Shown here: in pieces, positions 10,121 through 18,457 of the stretch | How the letters are laid out: each line of letters opens with the position of its first letter | Numbering within the stretch: the stretch's first letter is position 1 | IMG/VR virus record: IMGVR_UViG_3300038551_000101 | Span: 1 to 52,350 of that record | DNA length: 52,350 nt | Reading direction: 5' to 3' (one strand) | DNA from: a virus | Lineage: Duplodnaviria; Caudoviricetes | Translations under genes and position numbers: made by a program | The notes under the pieces: model-generated | Seen by the model: only the letters and a program-made list of their open reading frames with translations | What the model was told of the DNA's origin: nothing | Databases searched by the model: none

Positions 10121-10332
10121 TATTCAACAACCTCCCAATTTTCAGCGAATAACTCAATATTCGTTTCTTTCCATGGCACTCTTCCGAATCGACTCTCAAC
10201 ATATAAGTATGGAGCAGTCATTTTACTATGCTCATCAGGAAATTGAGCGCGAATTACTACGTCAGGACTCCATTGTGGTAATCTCATCCCTTTTCCCTTT
10301 TTTACCTCTTCAAAAGCTTGACCAAAATTCAT
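10120..10332 (-). CDS. tad2: DUF2829 protein, Tad2-like anti-Thoeris sponge
   Basis: MNFGQAFEEVKKGKGMRLPQW...PYLY...VPW...LFAENWEVVE; start at ATG 10332. Confidence 0.78.
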   Translation of the reverse strand: MNFGQAFEEVKKGKGMRLPQWSPDVVIRAQFPDEHSKMTAPYLYVESRFGRVPWKETNIELFAENWEVVE

Positions 10333-10382
10333 TTCCTTTCCTCCTCTATTTCCAATCATTGAGTTCGTTTGTTTTGTAAAAC

Positions 10383-10667
10383 TCAGCAAGTCGTCCTTGC
10401 TCTGATTCGCATCGGTTTTCGATTTAGTACCTGCGACTTCATCACTTTATTTTTCACATACCCATAAATTACTCGTGCTGGTTTTCTTTCTTTTGTACAC
10501 TCTTCATAAAACCACACGATTTCTTTAACTTGCTCCTTAACCTGCTCCCACGATTGACGAATCCATTGAACAATTGTTTGAACAGCTTCATAAAACTTCT
10601 TTACAGCTTTCTGCAATATTTCAATATCAACCGATGTATCAACCAATGTTATTATTTGTTTAGTCAT
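10383..10667 (-). CDS. Hypothetical protein
   Basis: 94 aa, overlaps the upstream gene's stop. Confidence 0.6.
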   Translation of the reverse strand: MTKQIITLVDTSVDIEILQKAVKKFYEAVQTIVQWIRQSWEQVKEQVKEIVWFYEECTKERKPARVIYGYVKNKVMKSQVLNRKPMRIRARTTC

Positions 10668-10887
10668 TTAAATTCCTCTTCATATTCTCAACTACTTGTT
10701 TAGCTACTTGGTCTGCTTCCTCTTTTGTTAGATTAGGAGCATTTACCGTAGCGCTATAAGTAAATGTTTTTGTTTCTTTTTTAGAGGTTTTTAATGAAGC
10801 ATAAATGATGGTCACACCTGCACCAACAAATGTTATTTTAATTACGTTATCTAATACCAATGATGACCACATTAAAAAATCAAACAT
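10660..10887 (-). CDS. Small single-TM hypothetical protein
   Basis: 75 aa, hydrophobic N-terminus, GGGGAG RBS. Confidence 0.6.
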   Translation of the reverse strand: MFDFLMWSSLVLDNVIKITFVGAGVTIIYASLKTSKKETKTFTYSATVNAPNLTKEEADQVAKQVVENMKRNLND

Positions 10888-10965
10888 AATAATAATCTCC
10901 CCCTAACCATATATCTATTTCATTCAACTTCATGTTTAATATGTAATTTCTATATAACAAAGAAA

Positions 10966-11010
10966 AAAAGCCTATTAATCCTGCATAAGAACAGGTTAAT
11001 TAGGCTTTTT
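10966..11010 (-). terminator. Intrinsic terminator (possibly bidirectional)
   Basis: AAAAAGCCTATTAATCCTG...CAGGTTAATTAGGCTTTTT stem with A/T tails. Confidence 0.7.
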
Positions 11011-11895
11011 CAATCCAATCCTGAAGGAATAATGTGATTAAGTTGGCTTCTTAATCATCTCGCAACCACCGCACTGAAATATCATGGCTACACGCCGTGT
11101 GTTCGGTGGCTGGGAGAAGACTAAGAAATGTCCTCTCTTTTATACTCCGTGGAGTCGGAATGAATCGTTCCTCGAGTCAATTCATTCCTGTATGATTAAT
11201 CTGCGCTCAGTTGCGCCGGGGAGAAAGTCCCAAAGTATGAGGTCTACACCCTCTTTCAACATACAATTTTCTATATGCTCAAAGAGAGGTAGGCGCTCTC
11301 TTATAAAGGTTTTTACATTTATATCAAGACGCATGTACTTATTCCGGCGCCTTGTTTGAACCAATATATCAAGGGGAAGGCGAGGGGAACGCCTTTACAT
11401 TGGTTCAAACAAAGAGCCGTAGCTGTAGCTCCTTGCTCGTTTAATTGTTAAAGTCAAATAAAGGCCCTGACTCCATTTGACTTCGTTATATTAATAACCG
11501 CTGTGAGTAATTATTAATATAATTGTGCAATAAATTCCCTCCCCTGCAATTGAATACGAAATCAAGATTCAACATACAGGATGCGCATAAAGGTTTTACT
11601 GCTTTTGAGAACATAAGTAAGGCGTAGGTACTTATATGCTCAATAAGAAGTAAAACATATTGTCTCATCCAATAACCCAGAAGGAATGATTAGTATTAGA
11701 TACAGACAGGCTATAAAACTATAACCTTTGAAAAGAGAATTTCACTCTTCTCATTCCCCGTGCCGAGTTGTCGCAATACTGCTAGGCTCCGCATGTTCCC
11801 TCTGTACAATCTCATGCATCGTCACCATTCAACCCAACCGAGTGCACCTTTGATATAGGAGATAGTGCTCCTCCCATGAATTACTTCATGGGATA
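10966..11895 (-). ncRNA. Candidate large structured RNA / late leader with at least 12 hairpins
   Basis: No credible ORF with RBS; consecutive inverted repeats (see findings). Confidence 0.5.
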
Positions 11896-11954
11896 AGCTT
11901 ACCTCTGATTCAAATAGTAAAAGGTACCCGAAATGGTAGCCCAAAAGTGCCATT

Positions 11955-12347
11955 TTACATAATCCCTAGTGCATCAGCGAAATTTGCAATAGCAGATTTT
12001 TTCTTTCTGTAAAAGGTTCTCCTTTTAATGCCGATCATTGTGTAAATATAATCATCATTGAGTATCTTTGTATTCATGTACTTCATTTCTAATATTTTTC
12101 TCTCATCCTCATCTAGCGCTTCCTCTAATGCTCTTTTAATTTGAATGTATTGGATGTATTTTTTTCTTTCTTCTGGATCTTCCTGACGAGTTGCTTTCAA
12201 TTCCGGGAATAAGATTTCCACCCCAAGTGCTTCCCTCTCTTGCTTATTTTGAAATTTAACTTTTAATACACGGTATTTGTGCAATGCAATAATAACGTCC
12301 TGGAGTAAATCGTTTTCTCCCTCTTTCTTTTGTTGCTTATTCATCAA
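11955..12347 (-). CDS. ArpU/RinA-family late transcriptional activator
   Basis: LDEDERKILEMKYM...DDYIYTMIGIKRRTFYRKKKSAIANFADAL. Confidence 0.85.
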   Translation of the reverse strand: MMNKQQKKEGENDLLQDVIIALHKYRVLKVKFQNKQEREALGVEILFPELKATRQEDPEERKKYIQYIQIKRALEEALDEDERKILEMKYMNTKILNDDYIYTMIGIKRRTFYRKKKSAIANFADALGIM

Positions 12348-12487
12348 GTCAGAATCCCCCTATGTCCAATTTTTAAATAATTCATTTCATTAAGGTACGT
12401 GAAATTTTATTATTTTTATACTGAATAAGGGAACGATGATTACAATACAGCCCCACACCACACTGTTAATCATGGTTCCACTATTCA

Positions 12488-12667
12488 TTAAGCTAATTGT
12501 TTCTGTTTTCCCCTAGCTTTTTTATCTTCAATCCAACCTTCTTGCTTTAGCTGCTTCAAGTCCTTATATTTAAAGGTCCCGTACATCCATATCTTTTGTT
12601 TCTCCCACCCAAATCCTGATTCTTCACGATACAAAAAGCATGATTTACTTCCTGTACGCCTTGGCAT
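12488..12667 (-). CDS. Hypothetical protein (59 aa)
   Basis: Not in track. MPRRTGSKSCFLYREESGFGWEKQKIWMYGTFKYKDLKQLKQEGWIE..., AAGGGGG RBS. Confidence 0.6.
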   Translation of the reverse strand: MPRRTGSKSCFLYREESGFGWEKQKIWMYGTFKYKDLKQLKQEGWIEDKKARGKQKQLA

Positions 12668-12680
12668 TTAATCATCCCCC

Positions 12681-13157
12681 TTATGATCTTATCCATTTCC
12701 GTTTATCCTTGTCCCATATCACTACGATTAACTCCTGTTGATTTTGAAACTCCCACAGCTTTCTTCTGACGGGGAAACCGTCATTGATAGCCTTTTTACT
12801 GCCCTTTACATCAATTACCTCTATACGACCATCTGCATACGTTACTTTAAAATCCGGTGTAAACTTCATCGCTTCTTTCTTCGATTTACCCGACTGCGTT
12901 AAACTGCTTGGAATTGTAAATGATGGTATGAGAGTATAGGAAGGGTGGCATTCAATATGAACGACATCCCTCTTACTTCTCAAATACTTGTAATATCTTG
13001 CTTCAGTCCTGGAATCGAATTGTATACCTTCTACTACAGTTGGGATGCTTTTTATTCTGCCTGACTTACTTTTATCGCTTTTTACTCTCTTAGCCTTTTT
13101 AAGTATCCTTCTCTTAATCTCGATGATCTGTTCCTCGCTCTCCTTGAACTTGTACAC
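12681..13157 (-). CDS. DUF1064 PD-(D/E)xK nuclease
   Basis: GIQFDSRTEARYY, FTPDF, VIDVKG. Confidence 0.85.
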   Translation of the reverse strand: MYKFKESEEQIIEIKRRILKKAKRVKSDKSKSGRIKSIPTVVEGIQFDSRTEARYYKYLRSKRDVVHIECHPSYTLIPSFTIPSSLTQSGKSKKEAMKFTPDFKVTYADGRIEVIDVKGSKKAINDGFPVRRKLWEFQNQQELIVVIWDKDKRKWIRS

Positions 13158-13326
13158 TTTCCTCTCTCAATCTAAAAGCATCTGTTTTTAACCATTCTTT
13201 TCTTATCTTTCGTAAATTATTTATTGATTCATCCTCATGCTTCATCAAACGACCAGAAGCAATTGAACAATTTATACTGATTAAGAAAAATACATCTGCA
13301 AGGAATATCTCCATTTTTCTAATCAT
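13114..13326 (-). CDS. Hypothetical protein
   Basis: 70 aa with AGGAGG RBS. Confidence 0.55.
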   Translation of the reverse strand: MIRKMEIFLADVFFLISINCSIASGRLMKHEDESINNLRKIRKEWLKTDAFRLREESVQVQGERGTDHRD

Positions 13327-13348
13327 GTTTCTTCCTCCTATAAATGGA

Positions 13349-13711
13349 TTATTTTGTTACAAACAGTACTTCTTTTAACTTCCGTAATTCTATAAGTGAC
13401 ATCTTATCAACCGTATCCTTTAATTCTTTTCTTAATTGAGCTTTTTCTTTACCTCTCTCAATCATGTCCCAATATTCCTTTTCGGTCCGATAAGCTTGAT
13501 AATGATATCCCCATCCAGTGTTATGCGATAAATCCTTTTGGTTGAATCTATATGGTGATTTATCTTCTACCCCTTCAGGATTAGCGTAAAAACTTGTTTT
13601 ATTAGCTCTGACAACGATGAATTTTCTTAAATTAGGTTCTGACTTACCTACCCATCCGCCGCTTGTACTCACATAAACTTCTTGACCTTCTTCCATTTTG
13701 ATTTTAGTCAT
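13349..13711 (-). CDS. Hypothetical beta-barrel-like protein
   Basis: 120 aa, GGAGG RBS. Confidence 0.65.
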   Translation of the reverse strand: MTKIKMEEGQEVYVSTSGGWVGKSEPNLRKFIVVRANKTSFYANPEGVEDKSPYRFNQKDLSHNTGWGYHYQAYRTEKEYWDMIERGKEKAQLRKELKDTVDKMSLIELRKLKEVLFVTK

Positions 13712-13798
13712 TTTCTCTTCCTCCCTGAATAAAACTCAATATTCCGTCAATACTATAGATGACACGGTAATCTTTTCTCCTTGTTCCCCCTTGGAGAT

Positions 13799-13829
13799 GA
13801 GCAGTTAGCTTTTGCTAACTGCTCTTTTT
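13799..13829 (+). terminator. Perfect hairpin/terminator
   Basis: GAGCAGTTAGC-TTTT-GCTAACTGCTC-TTTTT. Confidence 0.7.
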
Positions 13830-13980
13830 AATCGTTCATTATTTCTCCGAATATAACGCTTGCTGTATAGTCGTAACAACGTTCACATAACCACTCATTA
13901 CGAGCTGGACTGTAACGAATCGTTGTCTTTTCTTCATCGCATAAATCACATGTTCCGACTTTATCCTCTTCCACATCCAT
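13828..13980 (-). CDS. Small zinc-finger protein (50 aa)
   Basis: Not in track. MDVEEDKVGTCDLCDEEKTTIRYSPARNEWLCERCYDY..., two CxxC, AAGGGG RBS. Confidence 0.65.
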   Translation of the reverse strand: MDVEEDKVGTCDLCDEEKTTIRYSPARNEWLCERCYDYTASVIFGEIMND

Positions 13981-14005
13981 TCCCCTTTTCTACAAAATGA
14001 AATTT

Positions 14006-14290
14006 TTATTGTAATCTTCCTTTATATATCTTTTTGATCTCAATTTCACTGAATCCCTCATACACCGTAAATATTTCCGGAAACTGACTCAAACACATAT
14101 CGATGATCATGTCATCAGTAGTTCTAACGAAAAAGTATTTAACCTCACCCAAGTAATCATTGTGTAGATAATAACTCCTAATCTCGCAATGGTAGCCATT
14201 AGCTTCCAATACTTCATACAGCTTGTTCTTTGTTTCATCTATATCAAATATTGATAACTGTCCCTCCGCAATATCCATTTGTTCTATCAT
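14006..14290 (-). CDS. Hypothetical protein with clamp-binding-like QLSIF motif
   Basis: EGQLSIFD near the N-terminus. Confidence 0.6.
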   Translation of the reverse strand: MIEQMDIAEGQLSIFDIDETKNKLYEVLEANGYHCEIRSYYLHNDYLGEVKYFFVRTTDDMIIDMCLSQFPEIFTVYEGFSEIEIKKIYKGRLQ

Positions 14291-14304
14291 TTCCCCATTC
14301 CCCT

Positions 14305-14826
14305 TTACGCTCGTTTCTTATTCCAAAATGCGTTTGTTCCTCTATAATTGAAAGAACTGGCTTGATATCCCCGTGACGCTGCTTCCGATGGTGTTAGTGT
14401 TGGTGTATTAATAGCTGTTTCTACATCCCATTTCCAGCGTCTTACTCTGCACCATAGCAATTCTCGTGAAATACCGTTACGCTTTGCTCGCTGTACCTGT
14501 TCATCAGTGAATACTGTATCTGTTTTCCTTGTTCTAGCAATCTTAATCGCTTCTTTATTACCTATTACCGATTTTGTTGCTGCCTCGTGCAGATCCCAGC
14601 CTCTTTTCCTACGATCTGCAAATGTTCTATAGCAAATCCCGTGTTCCTCGGCTATGTCCTTGTATTCTTTCCAACCCGTCCCCTTTGAAACTGGCTTAGT
14701 AATTGCCGTTTCCTTTGGCCAGCCGTACGAATATACGCGCTGGCGCAAAGTGTCATTGCTAATGCCGTTCCCTTCTGCTCGTTTGAAATCTTCTGGAGTA
14801 ATGTAGTAGTCATCGCCCATGCCCAT
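14305..14826 (-). CDS. Repeat-HTH-like phage protein, paralog 1
   Basis: Three repeats of A..NGI...T...R....W....A.T.P. Confidence 0.7.
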   Translation of the reverse strand: MGMGDDYYITPEDFKRAEGNGISNDTLRQRVYSYGWPKETAITKPVSKGTGWKEYKDIAEEHGICYRTFADRRKRGWDLHEAATKSVIGNKEAIKIARTRKTDTVFTDEQVQRAKRNGISRELLWCRVRRWKWDVETAINTPTLTPSEAASRGYQASSFNYRGTNAFWNKKRA

Positions 14827-14854
14827 TCCTCTTCCTTCCCAAATAGCGTTTTTG

Positions 14855-15082
14855 TTAAAATCTCTCACTCAAGTCTTCTAGCCAGTATGGTTCTTCAAGC
14901 CAATACCCTTCATCTTGATCGAAACGATAGTATAAAACCTCTCCATCTTCATTTACAAAAGGGTTTGTATATGTGTCATAAGGCTTACTTCCTTCTGGAT
15001 AATAAGTCATCACTTCTTTACCTAACATCGGGCAGTGAATTTTTCCCCATTCAATGGCATTTATCCAATTAAGTTCTTTCAT
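14855..15082 (-). CDS. Hypothetical protein (75 aa)
   Basis: Start MKELNWINAIEWG at 15082 with GAGGGAG RBS. Confidence 0.65.
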   Translation of the reverse strand: MKELNWINAIEWGKIHCPMLGKEVMTYYPEGSKPYDTYTNPFVNEDGEVLYYRFDQDEGYWLEEPYWLEDLSERF

Positions 15083-15122
15083 TCTTTCTCCCTCATTTCT
15101 TAGCAAATAACGATTTTGTGAT

Positions 15123-15203
15123 TTATTTGCTATTTTTCTTTCGATATTCACGCTCTTGCTTTGCAAAGAATTCTTTAACTGCATTTTCCCAATACGTACA
15201 CAT
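15123..15203 (-). CDS. Micro-ORF (26 aa)
   Basis: MCTYWENAVKEFFAKQEREYRKKNSK fills the space between two junction repeats; GGAGTG RBS. Confidence 0.45.
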   Translation of the reverse strand: MCTYWENAVKEFFAKQEREYRKKNSK

Positions 15204-15237
15204 CACTCTTCACTCCATTCCCAAATAAGGATTTTGT

Positions 15238-15603
15238 TTAGTTTCCTAATAACTCTGGGCTTTCATAAATATTCCCGATTACTTCAGCCCAATGTCTCAT
15301 TCTGTGAAGGTACCAACTGCCACAACTTATTTCCATTACTTCGTTATATCCAATCTCATAATTACCATCGACACCAATCGATCTGTCAAAAGGATGACCG
15401 ACAACCTTTACAATGTCACCGATATAAATTTCTGTTCCGTTCTTGTCTTTTAAGCCTGTGTATTGTAGTAATGGAGAATAAAATTTGTCTTCTTTCCCCC
15501 CATTCTTTAAAGTGTCTTTTAAACTATCAAAGTTTAGTATTTCTTCCCAGCTATACATGATTCGATTTTCTTTACCATATATCCGATATTTAACTTCATT
15601 CAT
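15238..15603 (-). CDS. yopX: YopX-family protein
   Basis: QYTGLKDKNGTEIYIGDIV...EVIGNIYESPELL. Confidence 0.9.
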   Translation of the reverse strand: MNEVKYRIYGKENRIMYSWEEILNFDSLKDTLKNGGKEDKFYSPLLQYTGLKDKNGTEIYIGDIVKVVGHPFDRSIGVDGNYEIGYNEVMEISCGSWYLHRMRHWAEVIGNIYESPELLGN

Positions 15604-15630
15604 ATATCTTCCGCCCTTTCCTCCAAATAA

Positions 15631-15939
15631 CTATTTTGTTTGGTTTTTTGACTGTTCAAATGCTTTTTTCTCACAATCTACACATGCTACAATGTCGCCA
15701 TCTTCATCAAATTGATAAATAGACTTTTCTTCAATATCCTTATTTAAAAAGCAAATATCACAATTGAATTGTCTTTTCTTATCCGCTGACTCATCATTGA
15801 TTTTCTTAGTTAATTTAACAGTTCCGATATTCTCATAAGGCTGAACTTCATACCCCTTCAAACTAAGGTATTGTGCTACTTTTTGCATTTCTTTCCATGC
15901 TGCTGTACCTTGACCAAATTCAATAGTTACTGTATTCAT
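15631..15939 (-). CDS. Hypothetical protein with C-terminal zinc finger
   Basis: CDIC...CVDC. Confidence 0.65.
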   Translation of the reverse strand: MNTVTIEFGQGTAAWKEMQKVAQYLSLKGYEVQPYENIGTVKLTKKINDESADKKRQFNCDICFLNKDIEEKSIYQFDEDGDIVACVDCEKKAFEQSKNQTK

Positions 15940-15977
15940 TTCTCATTCTCCCTTTCGTTTTAAAATAACGCTTTTGT

Positions 15978-16067
15978 TCAGTTTTCATCACATTTCCTGC
16001 ATTCGCACTCACAGTTTTCTAATTTCTCTTCACACTTAGCGCAATAATCTATAACTTCATAAATCAT
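15978..16067 (-). CDS. Cys-rich micro-ORF (29 aa)
   Basis: MIYEVIDYCAKCEEKLENCECECRKCDEN, ATGA-coupled to the upstream ORF. Confidence 0.45.
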   Translation of the reverse strand: MIYEVIDYCAKCEEKLENCECECRKCDEN

Positions 16068-16201
16068 TTATTGTCCCTCTTGAACTCTTCCTCTCTGAGA
16101 AGCGCTAACTCCTCTATAGCTTTATCTCTAAATTCAGTCATAAGAAGTATCCTAATAGTTAAACCGTCGTCAGTCAGTTTGCTAATTTGTTCTGCATCCA
16201 T
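16064..16201 (-). CDS. Hypothetical protein (45 aa)
   Basis: MDAEQISKLTDDGLTIRILLMTEFRDKAIEELALLREEEFKRDNK, GGAGAG RBS. Confidence 0.55.
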   Translation of the reverse strand: MDAEQISKLTDDGLTIRILLMTEFRDKAIEELALLREEEFKRDNK

Positions 16202-16251
16202 TTTTCATCTCTCCATTTCTTAATAAAATTCAAATTTGATTAAATTTACTT

Positions 16252-17004
16252 TTAGCCCTCAAAAAACTCACCAATCCAAGGCTCTGCACTCACTGCTTCC
16301 TTTCGTAATTGTTCAGCTAACTCAGTAATTTCGCCTTGAGCGCCCTTTCCTTTCTTACGTTTTGCGTAGAAGTCGAGCAAAGCTCGTAAATTAACAGTTA
16401 AAACCAAATTAGTGCAAGCTGCATTGGGTAGTACGCTTCGAGCATCCTCCGCTGGAATGCCTTTCTTTCTCAAATTGTCGTACATTGATTGGATTATATT
16501 CATCATGTTTTCATACTCTAAATCTAATCCTTTAGCTTTAACCGTCTCAGGAACTACATATTCAAAACCGCCTATTTTATCATCTGATCCCATTTTTACG
16601 TATCGTTGCGATTGCACACTGAAGGAAAAACCTACTCTGTGCCTTGTTAACTGTGCTAATAACGCCCTGCTCACTCCTTCAATCGCATAAGTAAAGGTAA
16701 TATGCTCTAAAGTAGAAGTGTGCTTACTTGAGACAATGTTACGCATTAAACGATGCCCTTCAGTACCTTCTTCCCCATCTTTTGCTTCATTTTTGAAATA
16801 CTTCTCACCTTCTTGGATAATAATCCCCGATGGCTTATTTGCTGCGTAGCAAGTTCTTACCGCTGTAAGAGCAACTGCTTGTCCATGTGTTGCCCCTAAT
16901 TTATCAAACACATTACCTTCTATTTCTATAAAATCGTTATATATATCTAAACTGTCATAAAAACCTTCACTCAGCTGCGTGTGAGCTAATAACTTCACAT
17001 CCAT
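16252..17004 (-). CDS. thyX: FAD-dependent thymidylate synthase
   Basis: HTSTLEH, signature RHRVGFSFSVQSQRYV, EDARSVLPNA. Confidence 0.95.
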   Translation of the reverse strand: MDVKLLAHTQLSEGFYDSLDIYNDFIEIEGNVFDKLGATHGQAVALTAVRTCYAANKPSGIIIQEGEKYFKNEAKDGEEGTEGHRLMRNIVSSKHTSTLEHITFTYAIEGVSRALLAQLTRHRVGFSFSVQSQRYVKMGSDDKIGGFEYVVPETVKAKGLDLEYENMMNIIQSMYDNLRKKGIPAEDARSVLPNAACTNLVLTVNLRALLDFYAKRKKGKGAQGEITELAEQLRKEAVSAEPWIGEFFEG

Positions 17005-17047
17005 GATTACCTTCCCCATTTCCCTATAATATTTTTATTACCGATCA

Positions 17048-17317
17048 TCACTTTATTCCGCTCAAGATTGCTATTTTTACATTCTTTATTTCTAACATTA
17101 AATCCTTAATTGCTGTTGCTTCACTTTCCCTTAATCCTTTGTCTAGTAAAGCGATACAAGCTCTTTCTACATTTGGATAAAATCCAATTGATTTATAATC
17201 AAACTTAATTTCTTCACCCTCTTTGGATTCCTTTTGGTACTTCTGGTTAATAATTACGTTGTAAGCATCTGAAGTAATTTTGTATTTTTCACCAATGTAA
17301 ATCTCCATCCCACTCAC
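17048..17317 (-). CDS. Hypothetical phage protein (DUF5405-like)
   Basis: YKITSDAYNVII...GFYPN pattern. Confidence 0.55.
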   Translation of the reverse strand: MSGMEIYIGEKYKITSDAYNVIINQKYQKESKEGEEIKFDYKSIGFYPNVERACIALLDKGLRESEATAIKDLMLEIKNVKIAILSGIK

Positions 17318-17331
17318 CTCTTCTTATTGGA

Positions 17332-17823
17332 TCAATATCCACTTGCTAACCGATCATAATTTACTTGGTTCTTTTCGAAATATGCCTTTTGCATATCTTC
17401 GTATGTCATTCCTAATTTCAATCCAATAGCTACAATTGTTGATAATGCCTTTATGTAATGATTGAAATCCGAGAAGTCACTTTGATACAACACCTCAAAA
17501 GAATAGTGATATGACTTTAATGATGTTTGATTAATAAGTAATCTTGGTAAATATGTTAGCTCGTTACTGTGTCCGTACTTATTACCAAGACTAGCTATAA
17601 AATGTAAGCAATCAGCCCATTCATCGTACTGACGCGCCTTATTATCCTTTTTGTTCTTCTTCCAATATTTAAAGAATCCGATTTCATTTGAAAGCTCACC
17701 TAACTCCGTATATAACGCCTGTGTTACGTCACCGGTTAGATTTTGTCCTTGTAACCCATGAACCTCAACAACTTTACAATCAAGCTTGTCTTGCGCTTCG
17801 AATATTTTTTGAATGTTTAACAT
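17332..17823 (-). CDS. dut: Dimeric (all-alpha) dUTPase
   Basis: ELGELSNE..FKYWK, EWADCLHF, YFEKNQVNYDRLASGY. Confidence 0.9.
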   Translation of the reverse strand: MLNIQKIFEAQDKLDCKVVEVHGLQGQNLTGDVTQALYTELGELSNEIGFFKYWKKNKKDNKARQYDEWADCLHFIASLGNKYGHSNELTYLPRLLINQTSLKSYHYSFEVLYQSDFSDFNHYIKALSTIVAIGLKLGMTYEDMQKAYFEKNQVNYDRLASGY

Positions 17824-18010
17824 TTAATTTCTCCTTTCCTTTTGTAACAACGATTTGTAAACGTTCACTTTCTTCTTTATGGTGTTTATAAAGCGATTCT
17901 GCCATTTGCAACTCTGCCCTTAACCTGTTTACTTCATCAAACCACTTACTAGCTTGTCCTTGTACATGCTCAAGTGCTTCTTCGTACAGATCAATATGAC
18001 GCGCTTCCAT
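17780..18010 (-). CDS. Coiled-coil hypothetical protein
   Basis: 76 aa, AAGGGG RBS. Confidence 0.55.
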   Translation of the reverse strand: MEARHIDLYEEALEHVQGQASKWFDEVNRLRAELQMAESLYKHHKEESERLQIVVTKGKEKLNVKHSKNIRSARQA

Positions 18011-18050
18011 ACCAACACCCCTTTATTTTCTTTTTGATTCTGCTAGTAAC

Positions 18051-18323
18051 TTAGTAATTTCGTAAACACCGTTTTCCTTTGAGTACATCATTGATTCCCC
18101 CCTCTGCTTTTTCATCGATTTGAATCATTTCATTTCTAACTTCTTGCAAGAATGCGATGTACTTCCCTAATTCCTCCTGATCCATTGTGGACGTATCATC
18201 TACGCTTGAGCATTCAGTAATATCAACGTGACAAATTTGATTCATATTTTCATTACGGACCTTAAATTCAGATAAAGTTACAGCAATTTTCCCGAAATCA
18301 TAAACAAATAACTTACTTATCAT
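18051..18323 (-). CDS. Hypothetical protein
   Basis: 90 aa, GAGGGGG RBS. Confidence 0.55.
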   Translation of the reverse strand: MISKLFVYDFGKIAVTLSEFKVRNENMNQICHVDITECSSVDDTSTMDQEELGKYIAFLQEVRNEMIQIDEKAEGGINDVLKGKRCLRNY

Positions 18324-18447
18324 CTATATCCCCCTCTAATAAACGTTCTAGTTCTTCACAAGATCCTTCGTATAAATCTCGATCACCCGGTAACTTAAAT
18401 ATGTTTCTGCTAATCAATTGCTCTATTAAAAACTGCTTACTATCCAT
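18313..18447 (-). CDS. FbpA-family small basic protein (44 aa)
   Basis: Not in track. MDSKQFLIEQLISRNIFKLPGDRDLYEGSCEELERLL..., GGAGG RBS. Confidence 0.6.
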   Translation of the reverse strand: MDSKQFLIEQLISRNIFKLPGDRDLYEGSCEELERLLEGDIDDK

Positions 18448-18457
18448 GATTCCTCCA

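Larger units (their letters stand above)
13340..16241 (-). repeat. Dispersed ~18-bp junction repeat, consensus aaCAAAAt-N4-ATTT(g/t), about 10 copies
   Basis: Copies near 13340, 13727, 13991, 14321, 14839, 15103, 15222, 15623, 15961 and 16221. Confidence 0.7.

Noticed and set aside
10932-10960. Second dif-like site
   Set aside because: Needs a gap to align with the RipX arm; too degenerate to call.
11084-11668. Track ORFs 11084..11359, 11182..11364 and 11486..11668
   Set aside because: No RBS, atypical composition, and they overlap hairpins.
10966-11895. tRNA genes or a CRISPR array in the long intergenic region
   Set aside because: No cloverleaf or T-loop consensus and no repeated direct-repeat/spacer units.
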